NCBI GenBank assembly: GCA_963734535.1
Contig: CAVTHS010000014.1
Span: 192,001 to 256,000 of the forward strand
Source of the DNA: an uncultured Chloroflexia bacterium
Lineage (GTDB): Bacteria > Chloroflexota > Limnocylindria > Limnocylindrales > CSP1-4
DNA length: 64,000 nt
Reading direction: 5' to 3'
Shown here in pieces: positions 1 through 14,689 of this stretch (positions are counted from its first letter, which is position 1; every line of letters starts with the position of its first letter). Under the pieces are notes generated by a model. It had not been told where the DNA came from, ran no database searches, and saw only the letters and a program-made list of their open reading frames with translations. The position numbers and the translations under genes are program-made.

Positions 1-2288
1 TGCGTCCCTCGAGGCTGATGAGGCGTACGCCCTGCGGGCCGCGGCGCATCGTCCGGAAGGCCGACAGCGCGGACGCGCTTGCCGTAGCCCGTCTCGGTGA
101 GCACGAGCAGGTCCTTGTCGGGCTGGACGACGCTCATGCTGACCACGTAGTCGCCGGCACCGGCCGGCCGGATGCCGATGACGCCGCCCGCCTGGCGTCC
201 CATGGCCCGCACGTCGGACTCGTTGAACCGCGCGAGCTTGCCCTCGGCGGTGGCGATGATGATGTCGTCGCGTCCGGTCGACACGTCGACCCACGCCAGC
301 TCGTCGTCCGGGTCCAGCGTGATCGCGATGATGCCCGACGAGCGCACCTTCTCGAACTGCTCGATCGGCGTCTTCTTGATGATCCCCTTTCGGGTCGCCA
401 TGACCAGGTAGGAGCCCTTCTCGAAGTCCGGCACGATGAGGGTCGCCGTGGGCACCTCGCCGCTCTCGACCTGCACGCCGGGGAGGTTGATGATCGCCAT
501 CCCCTTGGCCTGCCGGCTCGCGTCGGGAATGGTGTGCACCTTGGCCGAGAAGACACGTCCGCGGTTCGTGAAGAAGAGCGCCCAGTCGTGGGTGTTCGCG
601 ACGAGGAGGCTGTCGACCGCGTCCTCCTCGCGCGTGACGTGCCCGATGATCCCCTTGCCGCCGCGGCCCTGGCGTCGATAGGTCGCCACGGGCTGGCGCT
701 TGATGTAGCCGCGACGGCTGATCGTGACGACGACGTCCTCGTCGGCGATGAGGTCCTCGTCGGTCATCTCGCGGGAGGAGTCGTCGACCACGCGCGTGCG
801 CCGCTCGCCGGCGTACTTCCGCTTCAGCTCGGTCAGCTCGTCCCGGATGATCGCGAGGATCCGGGACGGGTTCCCGAGGATGTCCTCCAGCTCGGCGATG
901 AGCTGGATGACGGCCAGGTACTCATCCTCGATCTTCTTCCGCTCGAGGGCGGCGAGGCGCGCGAGGCGCATGTCCAGGATCGCCTGGGCCTGCAGCTCGC
1001 TGAGGTCGAAGCGCTCCATCAGGTTGCGCCGGGCCGTGTCGACGTCGGCCGACTCGCGGATCGTCCGGATCACCTCGTCGAGGTGGTCCAGGGCGATCTT
1101 GAGCCCCTCCAGGATGTGGGCCCGTTCGCGGGCCTTGCCCAGGTCGAACTCCGTCCGCCGCCGGACGATCTCGCGGCGATGGTCCACGTGGTGCTGGATC
1201 ACGGCCTTGAGCGGCAGCGTCTGCGGCTGGCCGTCGACGAGCGCGAGCATGTTGAGGTTGAACGCGAGCTGCATCGGGGTGTGCTTGAAGAGGTTGTTCA
1301 GCACGGTGTGCGGGTTCGCGTCGTTCTTGACCTCGATGTAGATCCGCATCCCGTCGCGGTCGGACTCGTCGCGCAGGTCGGCGATCCCGTCGATGCGCTT
1401 GTCCTTCACGAGGTCGGCGATCTTCTCGAGGAGCGTCGCCTTGTTCACCTGGTAGGGCAGCTCCGTGACGATGATCGCCATGCGATCGCGGCGCGCCTCC
1501 TCGAAGGCGACCTGGGCCCGCATGATCACCCGGCCGTGGCCGTGGGCGTACATCTGCCGGATCGCGTCGACCGTCTCGGTGATGCCGGTCAGGGCGTTCC
1601 GCTGCTGCTCGTAGCGGAAGATCGAGCCCGCGGTCGGGAAGTCGGGCCCCTTCACGAATGCACACAGGTCGTCGGTGGTCAGCTCGGGGTCGTTGATGAG
1701 CGCGATCGTGGCGTCGACGACCTCGCCCAGGTGGTGCGGCGGGATGTTGGTGGCCATCCCGACGGCGATGCCCGAGCTGCCGTTCACCAGCAGGTTCGGC
1801 AGCTTCGCAGGCAGGATGACCGGCTGGCGGTGCTGGCCGTCGTAGTTGTCGACGTAGTCGACCGTGGCCTTGTCGATGTCGGCGAGCATCTCGGCTGCGA
1901 TCGGGGCGAGCCGCGCCTCCGTGTAGCGCATCGCGGCAGCCGAGTCGCCGTCGACGGAGCCGAAGTTGCCCTGCCCGTCCACGAGCGGGTAGCGCATCGA
2001 GAAGTCCTGGGCGAGGCGGACCAGCGTGTCGTAGATCGCCTGGTCACCGTGCGGGTGGTACTTGCCCATCACCTCGCCGACGATCGCCGCGCACTTCCGG
2101 TACGACGCGTTCGAGGCGAGGCCCATCTCGCCCATGGCGTACAGGATCCGGCGGTGGACCGGCTTGAGGCCGTCGCGGACATCCGGGAGCGCCCGGGCCA
2201 CGATCACGCTCATCGCGTAATCGAGATAGCTCGTCCGCATCTCGTCCTCGATGCGGATCGTTCGGATGTCGCCCAGGTCGTCGGTCAC
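1..2288 (-). CDS. gyrA: DNA gyrase subunit A (3' end runs off window; apparent frameshift near nt 70)
   Basis: Manual translation from GTG 2288 (GGAG upstream): [52 protein letters not shown]; [15 protein letters not shown] and a QGRGGKG GyrA-box-like motif follow. Not in the ORF track. Confidence 0.95.
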   Translation of the reverse strand, partial: MTDDLGDIRTIRIEDEMRTSYLDYAMSVIVARALPDVRDGLKPVHRRILYAMGEMGLASNASYRKCAAIVGEVMGKYHPHGDQAIYDTLVRLAQDFSMRYPLVDGQGNFGSVDGDSAAAMRYTEARLAPIAAEMLADIDKATVDYVDNYDGQHRQPVILPAKLPNLLVNGSSGIAVGMATNIPPHHLGEVVDATIALINDPELTTDDLCAFVKGPDFPTAGSIFRYEQQRNALTGITETVDAIRQMYAHGHGRVIMRAQVAFEEARRDRMAIIVTELPYQVNKATLLEKIADLVKDKRIDGIADLRDESDRDGMRIYIEVKNDANPHTVLNNLFKHTPMQLAFNLNMLALVDGQPQTLPLKAVIQHHVDHRREIVRRRTEFDLGKARERAHILEGLKIALDHLDEVIRTIRESADVDTARRNLMERFDLSELQAQAILDMRLARLAALERKKIEDEYLAVIQLIAELEDILGNPSRILAIIRDELTELKRKYAGERRTRVVDDSSREMTDEDLIADEDVVVTISRRGYIKRQPVATYRRQGRGGKGIIGHVTREEDAVDSLLVANTHDWALFFTNRGRVFSAKVHTIPDASRQAKGMAIINLPGVQVESGEVPTATLIVPDFEKGSYLVMATRKGIIKKTPIEQFEKVRSSGIIAITLDPDDELAWVDVSTGRDDIIIATAEGKLARFNESDVRAMGRQAGGVIGIRPAGAGDYVVSMSVVQPDKDLLVLTETGYGKRVRAVGLPDDAPRPAGRTPHQPRGT

Positions 2289-2304
2289 GGAATGGCTCTC
2301 CGGT

Positions 2305-3280
2305 TCAGGTCAGCGGGGATCGGGAGGCGGTCGCGTCGTGACCGGGCGCCCGGAAGGCGGCGGCGGTGGCGGCGGCCGCGGAGGTGTTGGCCGAGCGCGG
2401 CGTCCGGCGGATGCCGGCGAGAAGGCCCCGCAGCTCGGCCGCGTCGGCCGGCGCGAGCTTCGCGAGCGTGTCGCGCACCACCCATGCCCGCGCGCCGTCG
2501 GAGGTGGTCGCGGCGCGGCCGGCCTCGCGCCGGCAGAACGCCGTGACCGCGCCGCGATCGACGGCCGCGAGGTTGCGCAGCGCCCAGCTGAGCGCCTTCT
2601 GGACGTCGGGCTCGGGATCGCCGATGAGGAGGCCGACGAGCGAGAGCCCGCGGCCGGCGACGTCTCGCGTCCGCCCGGCGGTCCGATCCGCGAACGGGAT
2701 CGTCGCGATCGTGGAGCCGACCAGCCGGCGTTCCCAGCGGCTCGGGCTGTAGACGAGCTGCTCCAGCTCGGCCCACCGGTAGGGCTCGAGCAGGATCCCT
2801 GCCGCGACCGCCGCGGCCAGCGTGTCGACGGAGATCCAGTCGTCCGCCTCGGCCGCCAGCCGCGGAGCACCTGCCAGGCCTGCTCCGGCTCGTCCGGCAG
2901 GATCCGGCCGAGGAGCCAGCATGCGAACCAGCGCAGCTCGCGGACCGGATCGTGGGCAAGCGCCTCCGCGACGGGGAGCAGGCGCGCGGAGCGGACGCCG
3001 CGGAGCTCGCGCGCCAGCGCGCGGTGCACCGCCTCCAGGAGCGGCATCCGGACCCCGAGCAACGGCCCGATCCCGGGCGCGACCAGCCGCTGGCCGGCCA
3101 GGTAGACCGGATCGGCGAGCGTCTCGAGCCCGGCCCGGATGGCCGCGACGAAGCGGCCCGGATCGTCGATCTCGTCGGCGAGGCTGCGACCGACGTCGCG
3201 CGCCGTCGCTATGTGCGTTTCGACGAACGCATTGGAGGCAAGGGTCGTGGCACTGGCCTTCCGGATCGCGGGGGGAGCGG

Positions 3281-3284
<4 letters not shown>
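2305..3284 (-). CDS. DNA alkylation repair (AlkD-like HEAT-repeat) protein, frameshifted ~2865
   Basis: ORF 2310..3284 gives the N-terminus ([15 protein letters not shown]). ORF 2305..2922 gives [30 protein letters not shown], typical of AlkD-like proteins. Confidence 0.7.
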
Positions 3285-6632
<3,348 letters not shown>

Positions 6633-6636
<4 letters not shown>

Positions 6637-7565
6637 GCGGCACCTCCCGGTACGCCGGCGCCTGCCACGACACGATTCTGCTGTCGGGGCCCGGCGAGGG
6701 CGAACGACCGATCCGTCGTCGCGGGCGTCATGGGTCTGGCGGGCGAGGCGGCTGGGGGCGCGGCCACCTCGCTGCGCTCGCCCGCCGCTCGCCCTGCATC
6801 GTGCTCGAGCCGGCCCCAGAGCTCGGTCGCCAACGCACGGTAGGCGATCGCCCCGCGGCTTTCGGGCGCATATGCGGCGATCGGCCGGCCGTGGCTCGGC
6901 GCTTCGGCGAGCCTCACGCTCCGCGGCACCACCGCCTGGAAGACCGCCGCCCCGAGGTGCTCGCGGACCTCGGCCGCAACCTCCGCGGAGAGGTTCGTGC
7001 GGGCGTCGAACATCGTGAGCACGACTCCCTGCACCGCCAAATCGGGATTCAGGTGGTCGCGGACCAGGTGGACGGTCGCGATCAGCTGCGAGAGGCCCTC
7101 AAGGGCGTAGTACTCGCACTGCATCGGGATCAGCACGGCGTCGGCAGCGGTCAGGGCATTCACCGTGAGCAGGCCGAGCGACGGCGGGCAGTCGATGAAC
7201 ACGACGTCCCAATCGGGTCGGATCGCCGCGAAGACTCGGTTCAGCCGGCGCTCCCGCTGCGGCACGCCAGCAAGCTCGACCTCTGCGCCCGCGAGCGCGA
7301 TGGATGAGGGCACAAGAGAGAGTCCGGGTGTGTCCGTTGGGACGATGAGTGTGCCGAGCTCCACGCCGCCCATGAGGGCGTCATAGACCGACGCCCCGGC
7401 GGCCGCACGCCCGGCCCCGAGGCCGCTGGTGGCGTTCCCCTGGGGGTCGAGATCGACGACGAGCACTCGCCGGCCGTCCCCTGCGAGATATGCCGCGAGG
7501 TTGACGACCGTTGTGGTCTTTCCAACGCCGCCCTTCTGGTTGGCGCACGCAAGCATCCGGCCCAC
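6633..7565 (-). CDS. parA: ParA/Soj ATPase
   Basis: ANQKGGVGKTTT, DLDPQGNAT, DCPPSLG, QCEYYALEG, RLAEAPSHG; start approximate (GTG 7565 after GAGGAG). Confidence 0.95.
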
Positions 7566-7742
7566 TACAGGCCACTCTCCTCGGGAATCACGCACCAAGT
7601 CTACCATTCCGGCCCCTTTCGACCCCCGGCGAGAGGGTGACGCGCCTGCCTTTGCTGCGACGTATCGCCGTCTTTCGTGTGCCTGCACCGGGCGTCGAGA
7701 ATCGGCTCGCGTCCCGCCCGGAGACAGGAGGTCGGGCCGGAG

Positions 7743-7758
7743 CGTTTCACGTGAAACA
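7743..7758. promoter_or_regulatory. parS centromere-like site
   Basis: CGTTTCACGTGAAACA, 15/16 match to consensus TGTTTCACGTGAAACA, just upstream of parAB. Confidence 0.9.
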
Positions 7759-8103
7759 GGTCACGGCGGGCCGTCGTGCACCGGCCGACGCCCGACGCCC
7801 GCCGCCCGCCGAAGGCGCAGGCCGCGCAACCGCGCTGCCTATTGCCGCACGCGCCGGCCGCCCGCGTCCGCACGCGCCGGCCGCCCGGCGCCCGCCGCCG
7901 CGCGCACCGGCCCGGTCCGGCCGCGCGCCCACCTCACGAGCCCGGCACCGAGCACGGCTCGAGGGTCCCAGCACCCAGCACACGGGCCCCGGTCCCGCCC
8001 GGGCGGCCAAGTTGTCCGCCTCGGTATACTCGACGAGCAGAGTCCCGGCGGTTCGCGCAAACGCGGTGCGGTCGGGCTGCCGGTTCACTGAGGAACGACC
8101 GCC

Positions 8104-8610
8104 ATGAGCCTGGTTCTCGCAGCGGTCGGGGCGGCAGTGGCCGCGCTCATCCAGTCATCAATCCTGCCATTCACCGCCGCCGGTGGCGCGGGGCTCGATC
8201 TCGTCCTCGTTCTCGCCGTCGTCTGGACGATGACGGTGGGCCTCGATGGTGGGCTTGTCTGGGCCTTCCTCGGAGGGCTGATCATCGACGTACTCCTCAT
8301 GCGGCCACTCGGCCTGACCGCGTTCGTGCTTCTCCTCGCAGTCGGCGCTGCATGGCTCGTCGGCCGCATCTCACCGCGCGCGTTCTACCCGGTCGTGGTC
8401 GCCACGGCAGCCGTCACCGCCGGCCTCGCGTCCGTCCTGACGATCGTCCTCTTCGGAGTGCTGCGCGGGCTTCCGGCGGGCGTCGACCCGCTCTCGCAGG
8501 CGGTCCCGACCACTCTGCTCGCCGGGCTCGTCGCTGCCTTGATCGCACCGGTCCCGGTGATCATCCGTCGCCGCCGGTTCGGCGACGAAACCGAGCGGGT
8601 CGACTGGTGA
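8104..8610 (+). CDS. mreD: Rod shape-determining protein MreD
   Basis: Hydrophobic 168 aa; LDLVLVLAVVW, WAFLGGLIIDVL..PLG; directly upstream of PBP2. Confidence 0.8.
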   Translation: MSLVLAAVGAAVAALIQSSILPFTAAGGAGLDLVLVLAVVWTMTVGLDGGLVWAFLGGLIIDVLLMRPLGLTAFVLLLAVGAAWLVGRISPRAFYPVVVATAAVTAGLASVLTIVLFGVLRGLPAGVDPLSQAVPTTLLAGLVAALIAPVPVIIRRRRFGDETERVDW

Positions 8611-10538
8611 GCGCCCTCCAGACCCCGGTCACGCATGAGCGTCGACCCGCGCGCTTCGTCGTGTTCGCCATCGTCACCGTTCTTGCCCTGAGCGGGTTGA
8701 CGACGCGTCTCTTTGCCATGCAGCTTGCGGGCGCACCGGCCCAGCAACCGGCTGCAGCCCTGGCCCCGGCCGAGGTCGGCCGCCAGATCGTCACGGAGCC
8801 CGTGCCGTCGACCAGGGGGCTGATCTACGACCGCGCGAAGCGGCTCCTCGTCCAGAATGTGCCGACATTCACCGTCTCGGTTCGACCCGCCGACCTTCCC
8901 GAGGGCCAGCGACCGGACGTGATCGGTCGTCTGTCGGGACTGCTCGGCATCGCCGCGACGACCATCACCGAGACGATCGACGGCGCGATCGGGTCGCGTT
9001 TCGACCCCGTGGCGATCGCACGCGACGTCCCCGAGCAGACGGCGCGCCTGATCTCGGAGGACAGCCTCACCCTGCCAGGCGTCGAGGTCACGGTCGACGC
9101 ACGCCGCGACTACCTCGATGGACCGTTGTTCACGCAGCTGATTGGCTGGACGGGGTCCATCGACGCGACGGCATACGCGTCGCTCAAGGGCCAGGGGTAC
9201 CTTCCCGACGACCGCATCGGGAAGGCCGGCGTCGAGTCGGTCTACGAGTCCGCCCTGCGCGGCGTGTACGGGGTGCGCGAGGTCGAGAAGGACGGAACCG
9301 GGCGCACGCTCCGCGTGCTGTCCACGACGACGGCTCCGCAGGCCGGGGACTCGCTCGTGCTGACGATCGACTCCAGGGAGCAGAAGATGGCCCAGCAGGC
9401 GCTCGACTGGGGTCTCAAGCTCTCCGGCTCGAAGCGCGGTGCGATCGTGGTCGAGAATCCGCAGACGGGCGAGATCATCGCCATGGTCAGTGCGCCAACC
9501 TACGACGCGAACCTGTTCTCGCGCGGGATCAGCACGGCCGACTTCCAGAAGCTCCTCTCGGACAAGAACCTGCCGCTCATGAACCACGCGATCACCGACA
9601 TCCAACCGCCCGGGTCGACGTACAAGCTGGTCACGGGCTCAGGCGTCCTCGCGGACAAGAAGCTCGGGGTGACCGAGACCGTGCTGAGCAAGCCCTACAT
9701 CCAGCTCGGCTCGACGTTGTTCTGGGAGTGGAATCACGCCGGGTGGGGACCTCTCGACATCAAGGACGGCTTCGCTCACTCCAGCGACACGTTCTTCTAC
9801 CAGATGGCCCAGCGCCTCGGGATCGCGCGCCTCGCGTTCTGGGCGCGCCAGTACGGGTTCGGCCAGACGACCGGGATCGACCTTCCCGCCGAGGCCGGGG
9901 GCCTCGTCCCGACGGACCAGTGGAAGCTTGAGACGCTGGGACAGACGATCTTTCCGGGCGAGGTCCTCCAGGCGGGGATCGGCCAGGGTTACGACCTCGC
10001 GACACCGCTCCAGCTGGTCAACGCCTACGCGGCGATGGCGAACGGCGGCACGCTCTACCAGCCCCAGGTCGTTCGCGAGATCGTGAGCTCCGACGGCACG
10101 GTCGTGCGGCCGTTCACCCCGAAGGTGATCCGCAAGATCGCGGCCCCGAGCTGGGTGTTCACGATCATGCGCGAGGCGGCCCGGCGCGTGATCACCAGCC
10201 GTCACACCTACAATTTCGTGGACCTCCCGATCGTGGTCGGGGGCAAGACCGGCACGGCCGAGTACGGCCTCCGCGACAAGAACGGCGTCCTTCCGTACCA
10301 CAACTGGTTCGCGGGATTCACGCCGAAGAACGTCTGGACGAAGGACAACCCGACCGGCGACGTCTCCAAGCCCGACTCCCAGCTGGCCTTCGCCGTCTTC
10401 ATCTACGACGCGGGCACGCTCGGCAACACCGCGACGGAGGTCGCCAAGTACTACCTCCAACTCCACTACGGGATCAAGCAGGACTTCCGGCTCCCGCAGC
10501 TCCTCGAGCGCACGAACTTCTACCAGGGCGGCGGCTGA
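8607..10538 (+). CDS. mrdA: Penicillin-binding protein 2 (elongasome transpeptidase)
   Basis: N-terminal TM, RGLIYDR, PGSTYK (SxxK), SSD (SxN-type), KTGTAE; GTG overlaps mreD stop. Confidence 0.93.
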   Translation: MSALQTPVTHERRPARFVVFAIVTVLALSGLTTRLFAMQLAGAPAQQPAAALAPAEVGRQIVTEPVPSTRGLIYDRAKRLLVQNVPTFTVSVRPADLPEGQRPDVIGRLSGLLGIAATTITETIDGAIGSRFDPVAIARDVPEQTARLISEDSLTLPGVEVTVDARRDYLDGPLFTQLIGWTGSIDATAYASLKGQGYLPDDRIGKAGVESVYESALRGVYGVREVEKDGTGRTLRVLSTTTAPQAGDSLVLTIDSREQKMAQQALDWGLKLSGSKRGAIVVENPQTGEIIAMVSAPTYDANLFSRGISTADFQKLLSDKNLPLMNHAITDIQPPGSTYKLVTGSGVLADKKLGVTETVLSKPYIQLGSTLFWEWNHAGWGPLDIKDGFAHSSDTFFYQMAQRLGIARLAFWARQYGFGQTTGIDLPAEAGGLVPTDQWKLETLGQTIFPGEVLQAGIGQGYDLATPLQLVNAYAAMANGGTLYQPQVVREIVSSDGTVVRPFTPKVIRKIAAPSWVFTIMREAARRVITSRHTYNFVDLPIVVGGKTGTAEYGLRDKNGVLPYHNWFAGFTPKNVWTKDNPTGDVSKPDSQLAFAVFIYDAGTLGNTATEVAKYYLQLHYGIKQDFRLPQLLERTNFYQGGG

Positions 10539-11701
10539 TGGGCGTTCTCCGCGTCGAACGGGACGCTCCGAGCGGGATCGCGGCCCGCGTCGGCGGCGTC
10601 GCGTGGCGCGACTTCGACCTGCAGCTCTTCGTCTACGCGGTCCTGCTCGCGACGCTCGGGCTGACCATGGCCTACAGCAATACCGCCGCCCAGCTTGGCG
10701 GCGACGTGGCGCAGGGAGGGACCACGTTCGTCCGCGGGCTGGTCTGGGCGGTGGTGGCGCTGGTCGCCTTCGCGGCCGCAACCGCGTTCGACTACACGTG
10801 GCTGAAGGCGTTCTCGTGGCCAATCTACGTCGTGAACCTCGCGCTCCTGGTGGCCTCGCTCGTGCTGGGCAGCTCCGACGCCGTGTCTGCCCGCTGGGTC
10901 TCGATCTTCGGGCTGCAGTTCCAGTTCAGCGAGATCGCCAAGATCCTCATGATCGTGGTGCTCGCCCGATACCTGGCCGACCATGACCGGCGCCTGGACT
11001 CGCTGGCGGCGATCGTGGGGGCGTGCCTCATCGTCATCCCGCCGTGGATTCTCGTCCTCATGCAGCCGGACCTCGGGACGTCGCTCGTCTTCATCGCGGT
11101 CCTGGTCGGGATGCTCTTCATGGGAGGAGCGAGCCTGCGCTGGCTCGGAGCGCTCGCCGCGGCGACCCTCGCGGCGCTGCCACTCGTCTGGACCTACGTC
11201 CTTCACGACTACCAGAAGGAGCGGCTGACGAGCTTCCTGGACCCTGCGAAGGATCCACTCGGAGCGGGCTTCCAGCTGCTCACCGCGCAGCACGCCGTGA
11301 GCGCTGGCGGGTGGCTGGGGGCGGGCCTCACGAACGGGGCCCAGAGCCAATCGAATCTGCTCCCGGTGCAGGCGACCGACTTCGTCTTCGCCGTGCTGGC
11401 CGAGGAGCTCGGATTCGTCGGGTGCCTCGTCGTCTTCCTGCTCTTCGCGGCGCTGCTGTGGCGGATCCTGACGATCGCATGGCGATCCCGTGACCCGTTC
11501 GGCCTGATGGTCGGGGCCGGGGTGGCCTCGATGATCCTCTTCCAGATCGTGGTCAACGTCGGGATGGTCCTGGGCGTGATGCCGATCACCGGGATCCCGC
11601 TCCCGTTCATCACCCATGGCGGCGCGTCGCTTGTCAGCATCGCGATCGGGCTCGGGATACTCCAGAGCATCGCCATGCGCCAGCAGCGCGCTGAGTGGTG
11701 A
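10538..11701 (+). CDS. rodA: SEDS protein RodA
   Basis: QFSEIAK, QPDLGT, TDFVFAVLAEELGF, GIPLPFITHGG. Confidence 0.92.
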   Translation: MGVLRVERDAPSGIAARVGGVAWRDFDLQLFVYAVLLATLGLTMAYSNTAAQLGGDVAQGGTTFVRGLVWAVVALVAFAAATAFDYTWLKAFSWPIYVVNLALLVASLVLGSSDAVSARWVSIFGLQFQFSEIAKILMIVVLARYLADHDRRLDSLAAIVGACLIVIPPWILVLMQPDLGTSLVFIAVLVGMLFMGGASLRWLGALAAATLAALPLVWTYVLHDYQKERLTSFLDPAKDPLGAGFQLLTAQHAVSAGGWLGAGLTNGAQSQSNLLPVQATDFVFAVLAEELGFVGCLVVFLLFAALLWRILTIAWRSRDPFGLMVGAGVASMILFQIVVNVGMVLGVMPITGIPLPFITHGGASLVSIAIGLGILQSIAMRQQRAEW

Positions 11702-11801
11702 GGCGCCCGATCCGCGACCCGGCGTCGCGCAACGGACTGCCCGACATGGTGGACGACGGCAAACCGCGCGCAGGGCCTCACCCGCGATCGCGTCGCCGGT
11801 C

Positions 11802-12602
11802 GTGAACCGGGGCCTGGCCAATTCGCCGGTCGTGCCGCCCGATCCTCCTCGGGAGGCGCACGCCCCGGGACGGGCCACGTCGACCCTTCCCGGAAGGCCT
11901 GCGATCCTCCCGCGCCAGCGCTGGCGACTCTATCTGCGGATGCCGGCGGTCCACGTCCCGGGCGAGCTTCCCGCCGGAGCCGGTGCCTGGGCCTCGCTGC
12001 TCGAGGGATCCGGCCTGACGCTGGCCGGCGAGCCCGGGCGCGGCCGCGTCGCGCCGGCGGCGCAGCTCCCGCTGGGTTTCGCCGGCGAGCGGGAGATCCT
12101 CGACGTGATCCTCGGCACGCGCCTCCCGCTCGTCGAGGTGCGGGAGCGGATCCGGGCCGCACTGCCGGCGCCAGTCGAGCTGGTCGATCTCCACGACGTC
12201 TGGGTCGGCGCGCCGTCGGCGTCGTCTGCCGTCTTCGCCGCGGACTACCGGGTGGAGCTGGCCGGCGTGCCGGCGTCCGTCATACGGCTGGGAGCCGAGT
12301 CGCTGCTCGCCGCGTCCTCCCTGCCCCGCGAACGTCACCGCGAGAAGAAGACCCAGGCCTTCGACCTGCGGCCGCTCATCGTCTCGCTCTCGGTCGCGGC
12401 CGCGGTCCCGCCCGCCAGCGCGGCGCCGGACGCGGCGATGGCGATCCTGCAGGTTCGCCTCCGCCATCGCCCGGACGCGGTGGGGCGCCCGGAGGACGTG
12501 GTCTCGGCCCTCGGCGAGCCGCCGGCACCGCCGCTGGTGGGCGTGCTTCACGTGCTCGGGATCGTGCGCGAGCGGCTGCTGCTTGCCGGGGACGCCGCCT
12601 GA
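11802..12602 (+). CDS. DUF2344 / TIGR03936 radical-SAM-associated protein (divergent)
   Basis: QRWRL.., AAQLPLGFAGEREILD, DYRV, FDLRPLI, GRPEDVV, RERL; position after rodA; start uncertain. Confidence 0.65.
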   Translation: MNRGLANSPVVPPDPPREAHAPGRATSTLPGRPAILPRQRWRLYLRMPAVHVPGELPAGAGAWASLLEGSGLTLAGEPGRGRVAPAAQLPLGFAGEREILDVILGTRLPLVEVRERIRAALPAPVELVDLHDVWVGAPSASSAVFAADYRVELAGVPASVIRLGAESLLAASSLPRERHREKKTQAFDLRPLIVSLSVAAAVPPASAAPDAAMAILQVRLRHRPDAVGRPEDVVSALGEPPAPPLVGVLHVLGIVRERLLLAGDAA

Positions 12603-12755
12603 CCGGCGCGGGGTCCTGGAGGCCCACGTCATGCGCGGGCCGTCCGGTCCCGGGAATTCGGCCGAGCGGCTCTCCCAGCCCGTCGACGCCTCGCTCACCC
12701 TGAGCCTTTGGCGATCCGCCCGGATCGCCCACGTTCTGACAGATCGAGGTTCGCC

Positions 12756-13706
12756 GTGCCCGAGGCGATCGAGCTGCGCGGCCTGACGCGCTGGTACGGA
12801 AAGCGCCGCGGCGTGATCGACCTGGAGGCCGATGTCCACGAGGGCGAGGTCTTCGGGTTCCTGGGGCCGAACGGGGCTGGGAAGACCACCACGATCCGGA
12901 TGCTCCTGGGCTTGATCCGGCCCAGCTCGGGTACGGCCCGGATCCTGGGCCTCGATCCGTGGACCGATACCGCCGCCGTGCATGCACGGCTCGCCCACCT
13001 CGGGAGCGACCCCGGATACCTCGGCGACATGAACGCGGCCTCGCTGCTCGACTACCTTGGTGCGCTCCGGGGGTTGCCGAGGGGCGCCTGGCGGCCAATC
13101 GCCGAGCGGCTCGAGCTGGACCCGAGCGTGCCCATCAGGAAGCTGTCGCGCGGCAACCGCCAGAAGGTCGGCGTGGTCGAGGTGTTCATGGGACATGAGC
13201 CTCTCCTGGTCATGGACGAGCCGTCGACGGGCCTCGACCCGCTCATGCAGCGCGAGTTCCTGGCGCTCGTGGCGGAGGCCCGCGCCGAGGGCCGGACCGT
13301 CTTCCTCTCCTCGCACAACCTGCCCGAGGTCGAGCGCGCCTGCGACCGCGTGGCGATCATCCGCGAGGGGCGACTGGTCAAGATCGCCACGGTGGTGGCC
13401 CTCGTCGGGGACCACACACGCTCCGTGAACCTCGTTCTCGGATCTCCGGCGCCCGAGGGCGCGTTCGTCCTGCCCGGCGTGACGGTCCTCTCCAGCACCG
13501 GACAGGATGTCCACCTGATGGTCCGAGGGGATGTGAACGCGCTGATCGGACGTCTCGGCGACCTGGACATCCGCGACATTGCGATCAGCACGCCCGATGT
13601 CGAGGACCTCTTCTTTCGGTACTACGAGGGATCGGTCGCCGGGTCGGAGAAGCGCGACCTCGCGCCGGAACAGCCCGATGCAATCCACGGGGAGGCCCGT
13701 CGATGA
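12756..13706 (+). CDS. ABC transporter ATP-binding protein
   Basis: GPNGAGKTT, LSRGNRQK, DEPSTGLD, SSH. Confidence 0.93.
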   Translation: MPEAIELRGLTRWYGKRRGVIDLEADVHEGEVFGFLGPNGAGKTTTIRMLLGLIRPSSGTARILGLDPWTDTAAVHARLAHLGSDPGYLGDMNAASLLDYLGALRGLPRGAWRPIAERLELDPSVPIRKLSRGNRQKVGVVEVFMGHEPLLVMDEPSTGLDPLMQREFLALVAEARAEGRTVFLSSHNLPEVERACDRVAIIREGRLVKIATVVALVGDHTRSVNLVLGSPAPEGAFVLPGVTVLSSTGQDVHLMVRGDVNALIGRLGDLDIRDIAISTPDVEDLFFRYYEGSVAGSEKRDLAPEQPDAIHGEARR

Positions 13707-14506
13707 TCGGGCTCGCGTTCCGCCTGGAGCTCCGCCGCAGCCGGGTCATCGGCGTCGGCCTGGCGATCGTCGTGCTCCTCTACGGCGGGCTGATCGCCGC
13801 CCTCTACCCGATCCTGCTCGCCAACACGGCGATGATCGAGGATTACATGAAGCTCTTCCCGAAGGAGATCATGGCGGGCTTCGGCATGACGGGAAGCCTC
13901 GCCGATCCCGGCATCTTCTTCACCACGTACATCGGCAGCTTCCTGTGGCCGGTCGTCGCCGCGATCGCGGCCATCGTCCTCGCGACGCGGCCATCGGCCG
14001 CGGATGCCGATCGCGGCTGGGCGGACGTCGTCCTCGCGACGCCCCTGACCCGCAGCCGCCATCTCGGGGCCGGGATCCTCGGGCAGATCCTCGTGCTCGC
14101 TGTGCTGGCGTTCGTGACGGTCGCCGGCGTGCTGGGCGTTGGCGCGCTCGTCGGGGCCGGCTTCGACACCGGGCGCTTCCTTGCCGCCGGCGCCGTGCTG
14201 TGGCTCTTCGGGTGCGCCATGGCCGGCGTGACCTCGCTCGTGGCGGTGATCACGCTGAGCCGCGGGGCGGCTGCTGCGGTCACCGCGGGACTCCTGATCG
14301 CGATGTACCTGCTCAACATCGTCGCGCAGGTCCAGCCCGATCTCGCCTGGCTCGGCGGCCTCTCCGCGTTCCGGTATGCCGGGGTGGGAGCGCTGATCGA
14401 CGGGGGGAGCGTGGACTGGGTCGGCGTCGGCGTCTTTGCTGTCGTCGCGGTGGCCGGCTGGGCCGCGTCGCTCGTCCTCTTCCGGACGCGCGACCTCCTG
14501 CCGTGA
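13703..14506 (+). CDS. ABC-2-type permease
   Basis: About 6 TM segments, DRGWADVVLATPLTR, C-terminal FRTRDL; coupled to the ATPase. Confidence 0.85.
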   Translation: MIGLAFRLELRRSRVIGVGLAIVVLLYGGLIAALYPILLANTAMIEDYMKLFPKEIMAGFGMTGSLADPGIFFTTYIGSFLWPVVAAIAAIVLATRPSAADADRGWADVVLATPLTRSRHLGAGILGQILVLAVLAFVTVAGVLGVGALVGAGFDTGRFLAAGAVLWLFGCAMAGVTSLVAVITLSRGAAAAVTAGLLIAMYLLNIVAQVQPDLAWLGGLSAFRYAGVGALIDGGSVDWVGVGVFAVVAVAGWAASLVLFRTRDLLP

Positions 14507-14689
14507 GCCCGGCTGCCGTTCGGGCCGAGCCCGCGACAGGCGAGCCGGGGACCGTCGAGCCGGCGATCGTTTGACCGGAGCGTCGGAGCGCCGTACACTC
14601 CCCATTCGCGCCCGGGCCAACCGGGCGGTCCGTTTGCGCCCACCCGAGGCCGGCACGTCACGCCCGCCGAGCACCCACTCCGGAGACCC

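Noticed and set aside
7600-8100. Possible oriC at the strand switch near parS
   Set aside because: No DnaA-box cluster and no AT-rich unwinding element; the region is extremely GC-rich.
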